Assembly: GCA_965222075.1 (NCBI GenBank)
Contig: OZ244937.1
Coordinates: 256,001-320,000 of the forward strand
Length of the DNA: 64,000 nucleotides
From: Candidatus Latescibacterota bacterium
GTDB taxonomy: Bacteria; Latescibacterota; UBA2968; GCA-2709665
Direction of reading: 5' to 3'
In this document: in pieces, positions 32,025 to 41,849 of the stretch
Layout of the letters: every line of letters starts with the position of its first letter
Numbering within the stretch: the first letter of the stretch is position 1
Notes under the pieces: generated by a model
The model's database searches: none
Seen by the model: only the letters and a program-made list of their open reading frames with translations
Told to the model about the DNA's origin: nothing
Translations under genes and position numbers: made by a program

Positions 32025-33836
32025 ATGAAGTCGATCCTGGTTGTTAAGCCCGATGCGAACCTTGAGCATGATTTCTTGCCGGAGATCCTCAAGGCCGAGG
32101 GGTTGTTTCATTTTGAGGTTCTGCCACAGGATGAGGTGGAGCCGTCGCGGTTGGGCGATGCGTCTGTGGTTGTGACGCTTCGGGGGTCTTTTGGAGGGCG
32201 TGCGGCCGGTCTGCTGATGAACTATGTGCGTGAAGGAGGGAGCCTGCTGGCGGTGATGCCCGGGGGGGAGCTGGCGGCTGGACTGGGGGTGGCGCGGCGG
32301 GTTGTGGTTTCGACGCAGAAGGTGGACCCGAACAAAGAGGCGGCGGCAGAGCGGGCGGCGGATGGGCCTGAGGTGGTGACGGACGGCAGGGTGGTTGTCC
32401 ATCCGGCCTCCGGGTTCACGGCGCCTCCGGAGCCGCTGTACTGTCCGCAGGAGATGGGGCAGAGCATTGTGTGCGAGGGTGAAGAACTGGCTGCGCTGAT
32501 TGACGATTTGGGCAAGCGCAGCGGTCCGGCGATTGTGCGGAAGCGCATTGGCCTGGGCCGGGTGTGTGTGCTGGCCTACGATGTGGTCGGGGCGGTGCTG
32601 CGGCTTCGGCATGGGACGTGGGCGCTGGAACAGCATCCGAAGATGCTGCCGCTGCGGGGGCCGAGGCATATTTTCGGGCTGATCGGGATCGCGGAGCGGC
32701 ATTCGCGGCAGCACCCGCTGGCCGATATCCACCAGGATTTGTTCCGGGAGGTGCTGCTGGACCTGCACGACGGGGGGATTGTGCCCCGCATCTGGCACAT
32801 GCCCGAGGCGCAGCGCGTGGCGGTGTTTTTCAAGTCGGACGGGTGCGGGGAGGAGGGCGCTCCGGTGGGGATCGAGCTGGCGGAGCAGTACGGGCACAAG
32901 CACAATTTTTTTCGGGCGCCGGTGAGCCGATACGACGGGAAGATTTATGGGTGGCAGGAGCGGGGCCACTTTATGTCGATCGAGGTGGATATTTTTCCGC
33001 TTACGTACAACCGCCTGCTGGAAGAGCTGGACGATGGGGTGCACGAACAGATCTGCGAGGAGATGGAGGCGCAGGCGCGGCGGTTTACGGATGAAGTGGG
33101 GCTTGAGGTGACGGATATTGTGATCCACGGGTGCCAGTGGACGGGTGTGCGGACCGCTTCGATTTTGACGGAGCACGGCTGGCGGATGCCGTTTCATTTT
33201 TGCGGGCACGATCCGCGGATGAACCGGTACGATTTCGGACCGTTCTCGCTGGCATCGGCGATGCCGATGCGGTATTTTGACCGGGAGGCGGGCGTGCTGG
33301 ACCTGTTTCTCCAGCCGTGCACGTTCGACGATTCGCAGAGTATTACGGAGCCGGGCGCAGGCACGCTGGGGCTCAACCAGGTGGAGTACGCGGAGGCGGC
33401 GGTGCGGTGGGTGGTCGAGTCGCGCGACCGCTGGCACGTGCCCCACATCGGCACGTTCCACCCGTGTTATCTCGTAAGACCCAAAGGCGATCCGCGCCGC
33501 ACGTTCGAGGCGGCCAATATCGTGTACGCTTCGCTGGCGGCGATGGGCATCGAGACGGGCAGCCTGCAGGACTGGTCCCGGTTCGTGCAGGCGCGGGATG
33601 CGCTGCGCGTTGCGCTGCTGAAATCCGACCGGGAACGGACGGTTGCCAGGCTGAGGGCCGCAGAGCCGATCGAGGGGCTGACGATTATCGCCGAGGGGCA
33701 CCGGGACGTCACCGGGGTGCTTCTGGACGGCCGGGAGCAGTCCCTTGTTACGCTTGAAGTGGAGGGGCGCCGGTGTTCGGGGGTTGTGATTTCCCTGGCC
33801 CGAAACCAGGAGGCGGAGCTGGAGATTGTGGCTTGA
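32025..33836 (+). CDS. hypothetical: amidotransferase-like plus deacetylase-like domains
   Basis: YVREGGSL, ADIHQDL, RIWHMP; paralogue of 4662..6494. Confidence 0.6.
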   Translation: MKSILVVKPDANLEHDFLPEILKAEGLFHFEVLPQDEVEPSRLGDASVVVTLRGSFGGRAAGLLMNYVREGGSLLAVMPGGELAAGLGVARRVVVSTQKVDPNKEAAAERAADGPEVVTDGRVVVHPASGFTAPPEPLYCPQEMGQSIVCEGEELAALIDDLGKRSGPAIVRKRIGLGRVCVLAYDVVGAVLRLRHGTWALEQHPKMLPLRGPRHIFGLIGIAERHSRQHPLADIHQDLFREVLLDLHDGGIVPRIWHMPEAQRVAVFFKSDGCGEEGAPVGIELAEQYGHKHNFFRAPVSRYDGKIYGWQERGHFMSIEVDIFPLTYNRLLEELDDGVHEQICEEMEAQARRFTDEVGLEVTDIVIHGCQWTGVRTASILTEHGWRMPFHFCGHDPRMNRYDFGPFSLASAMPMRYFDREAGVLDLFLQPCTFDDSQSITEPGAGTLGLNQVEYAEAAVRWVVESRDRWHVPHIGTFHPCYLVRPKGDPRRTFEAANIVYASLAAMGIETGSLQDWSRFVQARDALRVALLKSDRERTVARLRAAEPIEGLTIIAEGHRDVTGVLLDGREQSLVTLEVEGRRCSGVVISLARNQEAELEIVA

Positions 33837-33839
33837 CAC

Positions 33840-34949
33840 GTGTACCGCAGAGGCGACCTGCTGCGAGGGGGTTTTGTGGGATTTGTTGCGTTTGAACATC
33901 ACCGGCTGATCGTGGCGGCGGCGGATTTTCTGGTTGCGCACCAGACGGAGCGGGGGGATTTTCGGCCACCGAGTTCGCGGGCCGGGTACAATGAGATTTA
34001 CGATGCGAAGGGGATGTTTACGGTTCTTCAGGCTGCGTTTATGGTTAGGAAGCATTCGGCGCTGCTTGAGCGATACCTTGCGTGTCTGGATCGACGTCTT
34101 GCTCTGTTCGGGCGGTGCCAGCTGCCGGACGGATCGCTGCCGCTTGCGTGTATGGGAGACAAGCGGTTTGTTTTTACCACCGGTGTGGTGGCTGCGGTCG
34201 TGAAGATTTTTGGGGAGCTGGCGGATGAGCGGGCGCATCGAGCGATGGCCAGGCGGTGCGTGGACTACATGGTTGGTGTGTTTACCCCGCAGAGCGGGTT
34301 TCGGGACGGGACGAACGCCACCAAGCTGAGCGGACACGATCCGTATCCGCTCTACGCGCTCCACCTCTGGGGAGAGGAGTGGGCAGATGCGAAGGCCCTC
34401 GTCGGCCCGGCGACTGCGTACGTGGTGGGCGGGCAGGTCTGGAATGCGGAGGGGAGATTCTGGAAGGCGGGCTTCGAGGTGAGCAGGGGGGTCGATCTGC
34501 AGACGGTTCCCCATCCCACGCTGGATCTGGATATGATGTGGGTGCTGTTCGAGATCTATGGAGACCGGTACGCGGATCAGATGCGATCTTCAATCGAGGG
34601 AAACCGGAAGTATTTTGAAGCGATTGAGGCTTATTATACGGAGAACGGGAATCGGTACGCAGATGTCCGGGCGCGAACCTCCCTGGCGGGGATTATGGCC
34701 CTGTATGACCACTACACCGGTTCCCGGAAGTTTACGGGTTCGTCTCAATTTCAGGCGCAGGCGGACTGGACGGTGGGGCAGTTTGACGAGCAGGCGGGTG
34801 GGTTCAGAGAACGGGAGAATCTGAGTACTGGTGAGAAGGCGTATTTCGGGGTTCCCGCACAGTATCTGAGTCAGTATCTGTTTTCGTGCGGGGTGCTCAA
34901 CCGTAACGTGCCCGAAGCGGTTCTGGAGCACTATGCAGAAGGTAAGTAA
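33840..34949 (+). CDS. hypothetical protein (helical toroid-like)
   Basis: Fills the operon gap; AADFLVAHQ..GDF and CQLPDGS resemble toroid repeats; start uncertain. Confidence 0.55.
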   Translation: MYRRGDLLRGGFVGFVAFEHHRLIVAAADFLVAHQTERGDFRPPSSRAGYNEIYDAKGMFTVLQAAFMVRKHSALLERYLACLDRRLALFGRCQLPDGSLPLACMGDKRFVFTTGVVAAVVKIFGELADERAHRAMARRCVDYMVGVFTPQSGFRDGTNATKLSGHDPYPLYALHLWGEEWADAKALVGPATAYVVGGQVWNAEGRFWKAGFEVSRGVDLQTVPHPTLDLDMMWVLFEIYGDRYADQMRSSIEGNRKYFEAIEAYYTENGNRYADVRARTSLAGIMALYDHYTGSRKFTGSSQFQAQADWTVGQFDEQAGGFRERENLSTGEKAYFGVPAQYLSQYLFSCGVLNRNVPEAVLEHYAEGK

Positions 34950-34961
34950 AAAGGGGGGACG

Positions 34962-36206
34962 ATGAGATTCGCACTCAGGCCGGAGAACGATTTTGCGGAT
35001 TATATCCGTACGTACTACGAAGCGTGCCGTTACCACTGCGACAAGATCGAGGCGATTGCGGGCAAGTGGATGTTCCGGGATCTGCTGCCGGGCATGAGCG
35101 ATTTTGACACGCGGTTTATTGTGAATGACAGTATGACGGTGGACGACTGGTGCCAATTGTCTACGGTGATGGGGGAGACGCACCTGAGGCTGTGCGAGAA
35201 GTACCCCTGTTGGGCACGGAATTTCGAACATCTACCGGGTGTAAATCTGACCTGGTCGGAGTTGAGTTCGGAGCGGAACTATTATCCGGAATACCAGCAG
35301 TGGACGTACTATTATACCCAGAACCAAAAGAATCTCAGCGCCGCATTGGACGGGTTTACCAGGCGGCCGTGGGATGAGAAGGACGAGTATTTTCATCTGA
35401 AGAAGTTCTGTTTGTATTACGGGCGTTATAACCGGACGATCGATCCGGCGATCAACCTGGGCGTTCACGAAAACAAGTACCCGCTGCACAGCCGGATTAT
35501 GCATTATTTCAATCCGCCGGTGCATTCGGCCGTCTGCGTTTTGGAGAAGCGGAATATCTGCGGGAAGCTGGATGCGTACGAGATCGCCGAGCGGCACTTT
35601 CCCGAGTTGCGCTGCTGGGATCTGATCAGAGAGATTCTGCACGCCCATTACGAGATTCCGAAGTGGTACGAAGAGCCGCACGTAACAGAGCTGGAGGATG
35701 TGCTGGAAGAGGCCCTGGGGGTGATTCTGGGGCGGTTGCGGGAGGCGGTTACGCTGATCCCTGAGGGTGCAGGCACCGATATGGGGGCATGGAAAGCGGC
35801 GCTGCAGGAGGTGCCTGTGGACCCGGCGCTGGTGATTTTTGACAATGCCAAGTTTTCCCGTCTGATGAAGGGACGGCTCCACTTTTACGGTCACGCGCCC
35901 GCCCATTTTGATACGACCTGGCTGATTCAGAACGAGCTGGGGCGGATCGGCAAAAATTTCTTCCGGGCGACGTTCCGGACGTTCTGGAAGATCAGAACAG
36001 GGGAGACGGTTGAAGATCCGGTGACGATTCTGGATCAGCTGGAGGGGGATGTGTTGACCGGGGCGGAGGTAGAGGGCACAAAGGCGTTTGCCCGGTTGAC
36101 GCCGGATGCGTGGGAAGCGGGCAAGGAGCACGAGATTGCAGCGGCGATTGTGGAGGTGTTTGACGATTTCTTCCGGGCGTTGAATAAGATCAGCGAGGCA
36201 GTGTAA
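34962..36206 (+). CDS. hypothetical protein with Pol-beta nucleotidyltransferase-like motif
   Basis: AIAGKWMFRDLLPGMSDFDTR resembles hG[S]x(9-13)DxD. Confidence 0.55.
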   Translation: MRFALRPENDFADYIRTYYEACRYHCDKIEAIAGKWMFRDLLPGMSDFDTRFIVNDSMTVDDWCQLSTVMGETHLRLCEKYPCWARNFEHLPGVNLTWSELSSERNYYPEYQQWTYYYTQNQKNLSAALDGFTRRPWDEKDEYFHLKKFCLYYGRYNRTIDPAINLGVHENKYPLHSRIMHYFNPPVHSAVCVLEKRNICGKLDAYEIAERHFPELRCWDLIREILHAHYEIPKWYEEPHVTELEDVLEEALGVILGRLREAVTLIPEGAGTDMGAWKAALQEVPVDPALVIFDNAKFSRLMKGRLHFYGHAPAHFDTTWLIQNELGRIGKNFFRATFRTFWKIRTGETVEDPVTILDQLEGDVLTGAEVEGTKAFARLTPDAWEAGKEHEIAAAIVEVFDDFFRALNKISEAV

Positions 36207-36268
36207 GGGCAAAAGGCAGGGGGCAGGATTTTGTTGGAACGCCACCGTGAACAGGAAAGGAGAATCAG

Positions 36269-37411
36269 ATGCAGGTTGAGGCACTCAAATTGCAGGATGT
36301 GGATTACGGCGACCAGTGGGCTGAGGAGATCGAGGATCGCTGGGAATACGACGATTTCAAGGCCGATGCCGGCTGGCGCAAGGGCTGGATCAGTATGGAC
36401 AGTGTGTATTATAATGCGGATGACGACCGCGTCTACCTGGGGATTACTTCCTTCAACGCCGATATTTTCCGTGCATACGATCGGAAGAGCGGCGCGTTCG
36501 TGGATCTGGGGTACGGCAGGATCGCCGACCCGTTTGACGCCAAGTTTCACCGGTCGCTGGTGAAGTGGGAGAAGGACGGGTGTCTTTACGGGGCGATTGC
36601 GCTTTTGCACGATATCGACCGGTACTGGGAGGCGCCGGGGGGAGCGATTGTGAAGTACGATCCGAACAGCGGGGCGCTTGAGAAGGTCGGTATTCCGATG
36701 CCGCATATGTACATTCAGTCGATCTGTCTGGATCAGGAGCGGGGGGTGATTTACGGGATGACGTTTACGCCGGAGCGGATGTTCCGGTTCAATCTTGCAG
36801 ATGGCCGTTCGGATGATTTGGGACCGATCAGCAGCGGGATGGAGATGGCCCAGGGGGAGAATGTGGAGCTGGACGACGCGGGGTGCGTCTGGTGCGGCTG
36901 GAGCGTGACGCGGGCATGGCAGAATTTCGCAGGGGTGGACCGTAATCGGCTGTGCAAGTTCAACCCGGAGACCGACAGGATCGAGTATTTCGACGCAGGG
37001 CTTCCAAAGCCGGACGGCAGCTACGGGTATGAGAGGGTGGAGGGGATTTTCAACCTGGGCGAAGGCCGGATTTTCGCCAGCGGCGCCAACGGGTCGATTT
37101 ACCGGATCGATACGGAGACGGGGATGGGCACGTACCTGGGGACGCCGGTTGCGGACCGGCGCAGCCGGCTGACAACGCTGCGCCCGGGGCCGGATGGGGC
37201 CGCGTACGGCGTGACCGGGCGAGATGGGGCGTGTGAGGTGATCCGATTTGATGCCGATACGGAAAGATACGAATTGCTGGGACCGGTGTCGGACGGGGAT
37301 GCCCACTGCTGGCAGGTTCACGATGTGGCCGTGACGCCGGACGGGACGATTTACGCGGGGGAGAACGACAGCCCCTATCGCAGCGGGTACCTGTGGGAGA
37401 TCAGGATTTAA
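36269..37411 (+). CDS. beta-propeller hypothetical protein
   Basis: AAAGGAG RBS; repeated 'YDxxSG..DLG' and 'PDGTIY' blades. Confidence 0.7.
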   Translation: MQVEALKLQDVDYGDQWAEEIEDRWEYDDFKADAGWRKGWISMDSVYYNADDDRVYLGITSFNADIFRAYDRKSGAFVDLGYGRIADPFDAKFHRSLVKWEKDGCLYGAIALLHDIDRYWEAPGGAIVKYDPNSGALEKVGIPMPHMYIQSICLDQERGVIYGMTFTPERMFRFNLADGRSDDLGPISSGMEMAQGENVELDDAGCVWCGWSVTRAWQNFAGVDRNRLCKFNPETDRIEYFDAGLPKPDGSYGYERVEGIFNLGEGRIFASGANGSIYRIDTETGMGTYLGTPVADRRSRLTTLRPGPDGAAYGVTGRDGACEVIRFDADTERYELLGPVSDGDAHCWQVHDVAVTPDGTIYAGENDSPYRSGYLWEIRI

Positions 37412-37498
37412 GAAGTTGCTTGGAAAATAACCTTTCGGTAGAGAATTCAAAAAAATGCCAGGGGAGGTTTGCAGAGGGCCTGGCGCAGGAGGGGCTTT

Positions 37499-40165
37499 AT
37501 GAATCCGGAGGTGAAACATCCGGTTTTTTTTATGCGGGTGGACAATTCTCTGAGGGCCAGGAAGGTCTGGGAGATGGACCTGGAGGCGGCGCAGGAGGAG
37601 GCCGGGGTGGTGATGGGGATTGGTGATGAGACGCTGGATGCGTGGAATCCGCCGCTGGCCTGTTTTCTGACGGTGGGGTGTCCTCATTGCACGCTTGAGG
37701 ACCGGCACATGAGCTACCACTTCTCGTGGACGCCGGAGGAGCCGGAGCGGACGGTGTGTACGTTCTGCGGCCACGCGTATCCCAGTAAGGAGCATCCGTT
37801 GGACGAGGTGACGGAGGTGGTCTCTCCGGCCGGTACAGCGCAGCAATATCCCTATTTTCCGGGGAAGGACGGGCGGCGGTATTATATGGAATCTCAGCTG
37901 TACAATATCCGGCGGTTCTGGCTGCGGCAGCAGGCGGCGCTTTTGGCGCACCTTTACCGGGAGACGGGAGAGACGGATTATGCCCGGAAGGCGGGGGCGA
38001 TTATCAGGCGTTTTGCCGGGGTTTATCCCGAGATTCCGGTTCACGGGCCGGGAGAGCTGGCGAGTCCGGTTCTTTACGAGGTGGAGATTCTGCCGGTGCC
38101 ACCGGACGGGGTGCAGCCGGTGCCGGAGGCTTTCGGGCCCGAGGCGGGCAGGACGTACGACCCGCCCTACCCGAGGGCTTCGACCCGCTCCGGGTTGTGG
38201 AACCGGTATCCGTACGACGAGGTTCCGCTTTCGCTGATTCTTGCGTACGATCAGGTTGCCGGGGCGCTTGAGGCTGCTGACCGGGGCCTGATCGAAGATT
38301 ATTTCCGGCAGACGGTGAATTATCTGAGAACCTATCCCCACTACCTGGAGAATTACGATCCGATGCAGGCAAAGTGGGAGATCGTGTGCGGGCGCGTGAT
38401 TGGGGAGCCGGCGTTCGTACACGGAGGGATTGCCCGGTTGAAGCTGATGATGCAGCATGTGTTCTATCCCGATGGGATGTGGTGCGAGGGCGCGCCGCTG
38501 TACAGTTCGGCGGTTTTTCAGTTTCTGTGTGATGCCCTGAGAAGCGTGGAAGGCTACAGGGGCAGGGAGGACGGGCTGCATGATGCCGGGTTTGCGTCCG
38601 AAGCGATGAGGGGTATCGCCCACGTGAGGGGCGCGCTGGAGAAGATGGTGGTTCCGGATGGGAGTCTGGCCAGTGTGTACGATACGTTTGGCGCTTCGCT
38701 TTACACAAAAGGTGAGAAGGAGACCTATTTTGAACACGCGCCGCCGGCCGAGTCGGAGCCGTCGCTGCTGTGGGCGTGCGGGCATGCTGCGCTGGGGATG
38801 GGGCAGGGCGACCATCAGGTGCAGGCGCGGCTTCAGTTTATGGGGAGCGGGACGTTTTCACACAGCCATAACGACCGGTTGAGTCTCCAGGTGTTCGCCA
38901 GAGGGCGGGAGATGGTGTCCGATATCGGGTATTCGCAGAATACGCTTCGTCCCTATGCCACGTGTACGTTTGCGCACAATCTGGTGATGGTGGATGAGTC
39001 GAGCCAGTTTATCGGGTATTCGCCCGTGGGCGGGGCGTTGATCGCCTATGGAGATGGACATCCCCGGGTGCAGTTTGTGAGCGTGAGGGCACCGCAGGCG
39101 TACCCACAGACACGGGAGTACCGGCGTTCCCTGGTGCTGGTGAAGGTTTCGGAGGAGGATGCCTATCTGGTGGACCTTTTCGAGGTGAAGGGCGGGGCGC
39201 AGCACGACTGGCTGCTGCACGGGGACGCGGACCGGGACAGTGCGCTTGTGTCCGAGCTTGAGATGGAGGATCTGGAGGGGGCGCTTTTTGCGTCGGGGGA
39301 GACGTTCAGGATGTGGGATTCCGAGACGGGGTTCAAAGGGGGGCCCGGCGTGAGGCATCCGGACAATATCAAGAATGCGCTGGGGATGGTCCGGCAGGTT
39401 CGGAACACCCGGACCGATGATGCGTGGACGGCCACCTTCAGGCCATCGCCGGATGACGGTACCGCACTCCGGCTCTGGATGATGGGAGAGAAAGGGACGG
39501 AGGTGTTCTTCGGGGAGATGCCGTCGATCCGGCGCGCGGGGGACCGCAATGCTGAACTGCTGGATTACTGGATGCCACTGGTGATGGCGCGGCATAAGGG
39601 AGAGAACCTGGAGAGCAATTTTCTGGCCGTTCACGAACCTTATCAGGGTGCGCCGTTTATCACGTCCGTTTCGCGGGAGGGCCGGGCGCTGGTTGTGAAG
39701 ACGCCGGGGTTCACGGATGTTCATCTTTTGGGTGGGGGGAATGAGACGTACGAGATGGCGGGGTGTTACGGGTTTCTCCGGGTGGTGGACGATGCGGTTG
39801 TTTCGGCGTATCTGGCGGATGGGACAAGGCTTGGGTTCGGGGATTTTTCGCTGGCGCTTCCCGAAGCGGCGGAGGGTGTTGTACTCGGCGTCGAGGGGGC
39901 GACGCTCTGCTTGTCGGGGAAGGTGGATCTTGAGAATGCCGAACGGATCTACCTGTTTTTTCCGGGGGGACAGAGATATGCGATTCCCGTCCGGGAGGTG
40001 CGACATGGGGATAAGGACAGTGTGGCGGTGCTGGCGTACGATCCCCGGTTTACGCTTTCAGAGGATGGCCGCAAGGGGCGGTTGACCGCGTTTCCAGGTG
40101 AGGCGTTTGAGGGAGAGGTTCGGTACCGGGTTCCGAGGTACGGGGGATGTTGGTCACCGACGTAG
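37499..40165 (+). CDS. heparinase II/III-like lyase with N-terminal Zn ribbon, copy 1
   Basis: HSHNDRLS..SDIGY, HNLVMVDE, DGMWCEG; CPHC...CTFCG; AGGAGG RBS. Confidence 0.8.
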   Translation: MNPEVKHPVFFMRVDNSLRARKVWEMDLEAAQEEAGVVMGIGDETLDAWNPPLACFLTVGCPHCTLEDRHMSYHFSWTPEEPERTVCTFCGHAYPSKEHPLDEVTEVVSPAGTAQQYPYFPGKDGRRYYMESQLYNIRRFWLRQQAALLAHLYRETGETDYARKAGAIIRRFAGVYPEIPVHGPGELASPVLYEVEILPVPPDGVQPVPEAFGPEAGRTYDPPYPRASTRSGLWNRYPYDEVPLSLILAYDQVAGALEAADRGLIEDYFRQTVNYLRTYPHYLENYDPMQAKWEIVCGRVIGEPAFVHGGIARLKLMMQHVFYPDGMWCEGAPLYSSAVFQFLCDALRSVEGYRGREDGLHDAGFASEAMRGIAHVRGALEKMVVPDGSLASVYDTFGASLYTKGEKETYFEHAPPAESEPSLLWACGHAALGMGQGDHQVQARLQFMGSGTFSHSHNDRLSLQVFARGREMVSDIGYSQNTLRPYATCTFAHNLVMVDESSQFIGYSPVGGALIAYGDGHPRVQFVSVRAPQAYPQTREYRRSLVLVKVSEEDAYLVDLFEVKGGAQHDWLLHGDADRDSALVSELEMEDLEGALFASGETFRMWDSETGFKGGPGVRHPDNIKNALGMVRQVRNTRTDDAWTATFRPSPDDGTALRLWMMGEKGTEVFFGEMPSIRRAGDRNAELLDYWMPLVMARHKGENLESNFLAVHEPYQGAPFITSVSREGRALVVKTPGFTDVHLLGGGNETYEMAGCYGFLRVVDDAVVSAYLADGTRLGFGDFSLALPEAAEGVVLGVEGATLCLSGKVDLENAERIYLFFPGGQRYAIPVREVRHGDKDSVAVLAYDPRFTLSEDGRKGRLTAFPGEAFEGEVRYRVPRYGGCWSPT

Positions 40166-40696
40166 ACGTGCAAGCAGGCCGGGAGAGGGCAGAGGCGCCA
40201 ACACCGACATCGACACCCACTTCAAGCCAAAGCAATGGATCACATGCTTCTTACTCGAACGCACCGGATCTAGATAACAGCCGATCCCTGTAAGCTTCTC
40301 ACTAAAACTAAAACGTCGCTCAATCGTATCATCGGTGCCTAGGACCACAGGCGCATCCTCATCCAACAGCTTCAAAATCAGTTCCAACACAATCCGACTG
40401 CCTTGTAATGGGTTCCATACCGTCCGACTTAGCACCCGATGATAATTGATCTAATGGGGGGCTTGGGACAAACTTAGTGTGCGCAACACCGCGCTGATCG
40501 TGCGCTTGCCGGGGGTCAAGATCGCGCCGATCAGCAACACCTGTGCTTGCGGCTAGACCCGGACAGAAAACAGTGGCGCAAAGGTAGCAATAATGGGTAT
40601 GATATCTTCTAACAGAGCGAACATGGGCGTTCTCCTTATAATAGATGACTGTTTGGGACCATCATCTACATATATCTCAAAATGGCTAAAGTCCAG
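40166..40696 (-). mobile_element. IS701-like transposase remnant (N-terminal part, internal stops)
   Basis: Minus strand from ATG at 40624: FAPLFS..AILTPGKRTI..NYHRVLSR..DDTIERR..DPVRSS..GLKW; two in-frame stops; end-like CTGGACTTTAGCCATT at 40696-40681. Confidence 0.7.
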
Positions 40697-40726
40697 TTTT
40701 TTATAGCTCCAAAGGAGGTGGCCACA

Positions 40727-40894
40727 GTGGCAGAGGACAAGGCAGAGGATAGGCTGGCTACATTAAAGGATATTAAGGCGTTGACAAAAGCCTACCATAG
40801 CGATATGCGCGCAATTTTGAAGAGATTGAACGAAATCGATACCAAGTTGAAGAAGTTGAACGAGATGTGCCACGTTAGCAACGAGAGCAAATGA
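40727..40894 (+). CDS. small coiled-coil hypothetical protein
   Basis: AAGGAGGT RBS; heptad-like sequence. Confidence 0.45.
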   Translation: MAEDKAEDRLATLKDIKALTKAYHSDMRAILKRLNEIDTKLKKLNEMCHVSNESK

Positions 40895-40920
40895 CGAAAA
40901 AACCCGCGCGGGAGCGCCCC

Positions 40921-41756
40921 AGGCGGAGTCCGTTGACAAACTGTATTTGGCGGCGGCAGGCCGGCAGGCGAGTTCTACCGGGAGGCGCTGGCGTTGTTGG
41001 ACAAGGCTGAGAACACGTAGCCTGGGTCGGAGCCGGAGATGGTGGTGATTCCGGCGGGCCGTTTTCGGATGGGCTGTGTATCCTTTAGAGACTGCAGGGA
41101 CAACGAGCTGCCGGTGCGCGAGGTGGCGATCCGATCATTTGAACTGTCGAAGTACGAGGTGACGTTCACGGAGTACGATCGCTTCTCGGCAGCGACGGAT
41201 CGCGAGCGGCCGCACGACAGAGGCTGGGGCCGGAGATGGCGTCCGGTGATCGAGGTTTCGTGGAAGGACGCGGTGGCGTGTACACAGTGGCTGTCGTCGG
41301 AGATGGGCAAGAGCTACCGTTTGCCGAGCGAGGCGGAGTGGGAGTATGCGGCCTGCCTGTCCGAGGGACGCAGGCAGGCGCGTGCGGGCTCGGTGACGAA
41401 GTATAGTTGGGGGAATGAGATCGGTCGCACACCAGGCCAATTGCGAGGGGTGCGGCAGTCAGTGGGACAATGAGAAGACGGCATCGGTGGGTTCGTTCGG
41501 CCCCAACGCCTGGGGCTTGTACGACATGCACAGCAACGTGTGGGAGTGGGTGCAGGACTGCTGGCACGCCAGTTACCGGGGCGTGCCAGCGGACAGGTCG
41601 GCCTGGGAGAGCGGCCATTGCTCGGGTCGCGTGTTGCGCGGCGGCTCGTGGTTCAACTTACCCAGGTACCTCCGCGCCGCGTACCGCAGCAGGTTCACCA
41701 CCGACGTCCGCAACAACATCGACGGTTTCCGTGTTGCCCGGACGCTTACCCCTTGA
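40921..41756 (+). pseudogene. FGE-sulfatase (C-type lectin-fold) protein, frameshifted; DGR-target-like
   Basis: PEMVVIPAGRFRMG, RLPSEAEWEYA, NAWGLYDM, RVLRGGSW..GFRVAR; frameshift near 41429; N-terminus broken. Confidence 0.85.
41352..41378 (+). repeat. 27-bp palindromic micro-element inserted in frame
   Basis: CCTGCCT GTCC GAG GGAC GC AGGCAGG; removal restores EAEWEYAARAG. Confidence 0.9.
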
Positions 41757-41849
41757 ATCCTTACTTCTTTACCTCCCTCCCTGCCAGCAACTTTTTGGCA
41801 GAGAGGGGGGTTCCAAGGGGGCATCGCCCCCCTGGATGTTTTTGCCTTC

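Noticed and set aside
31800-38815. Long minus-strand ORFs (904 aa, 926 aa; also 12643..14772, 23224..24651, 27573..29066)
   Set aside because: Antisense shadows of GC-rich + strand genes; rich in R/P/H/Q with no motifs
40167-40190. GCAAGCAGG half-arm at the junction between the lyase stop and the IS701 remnant
   Set aside because: Only one arm; could be a truncated element but cannot be supported
40949-40972. GGCGGCGGCAGGCCGGCAGGCG resembling a micro-element arm
   Set aside because: No left arm; reads as the decayed coding stretch YLAAAGRQ.EFYREAL of the FGE gene
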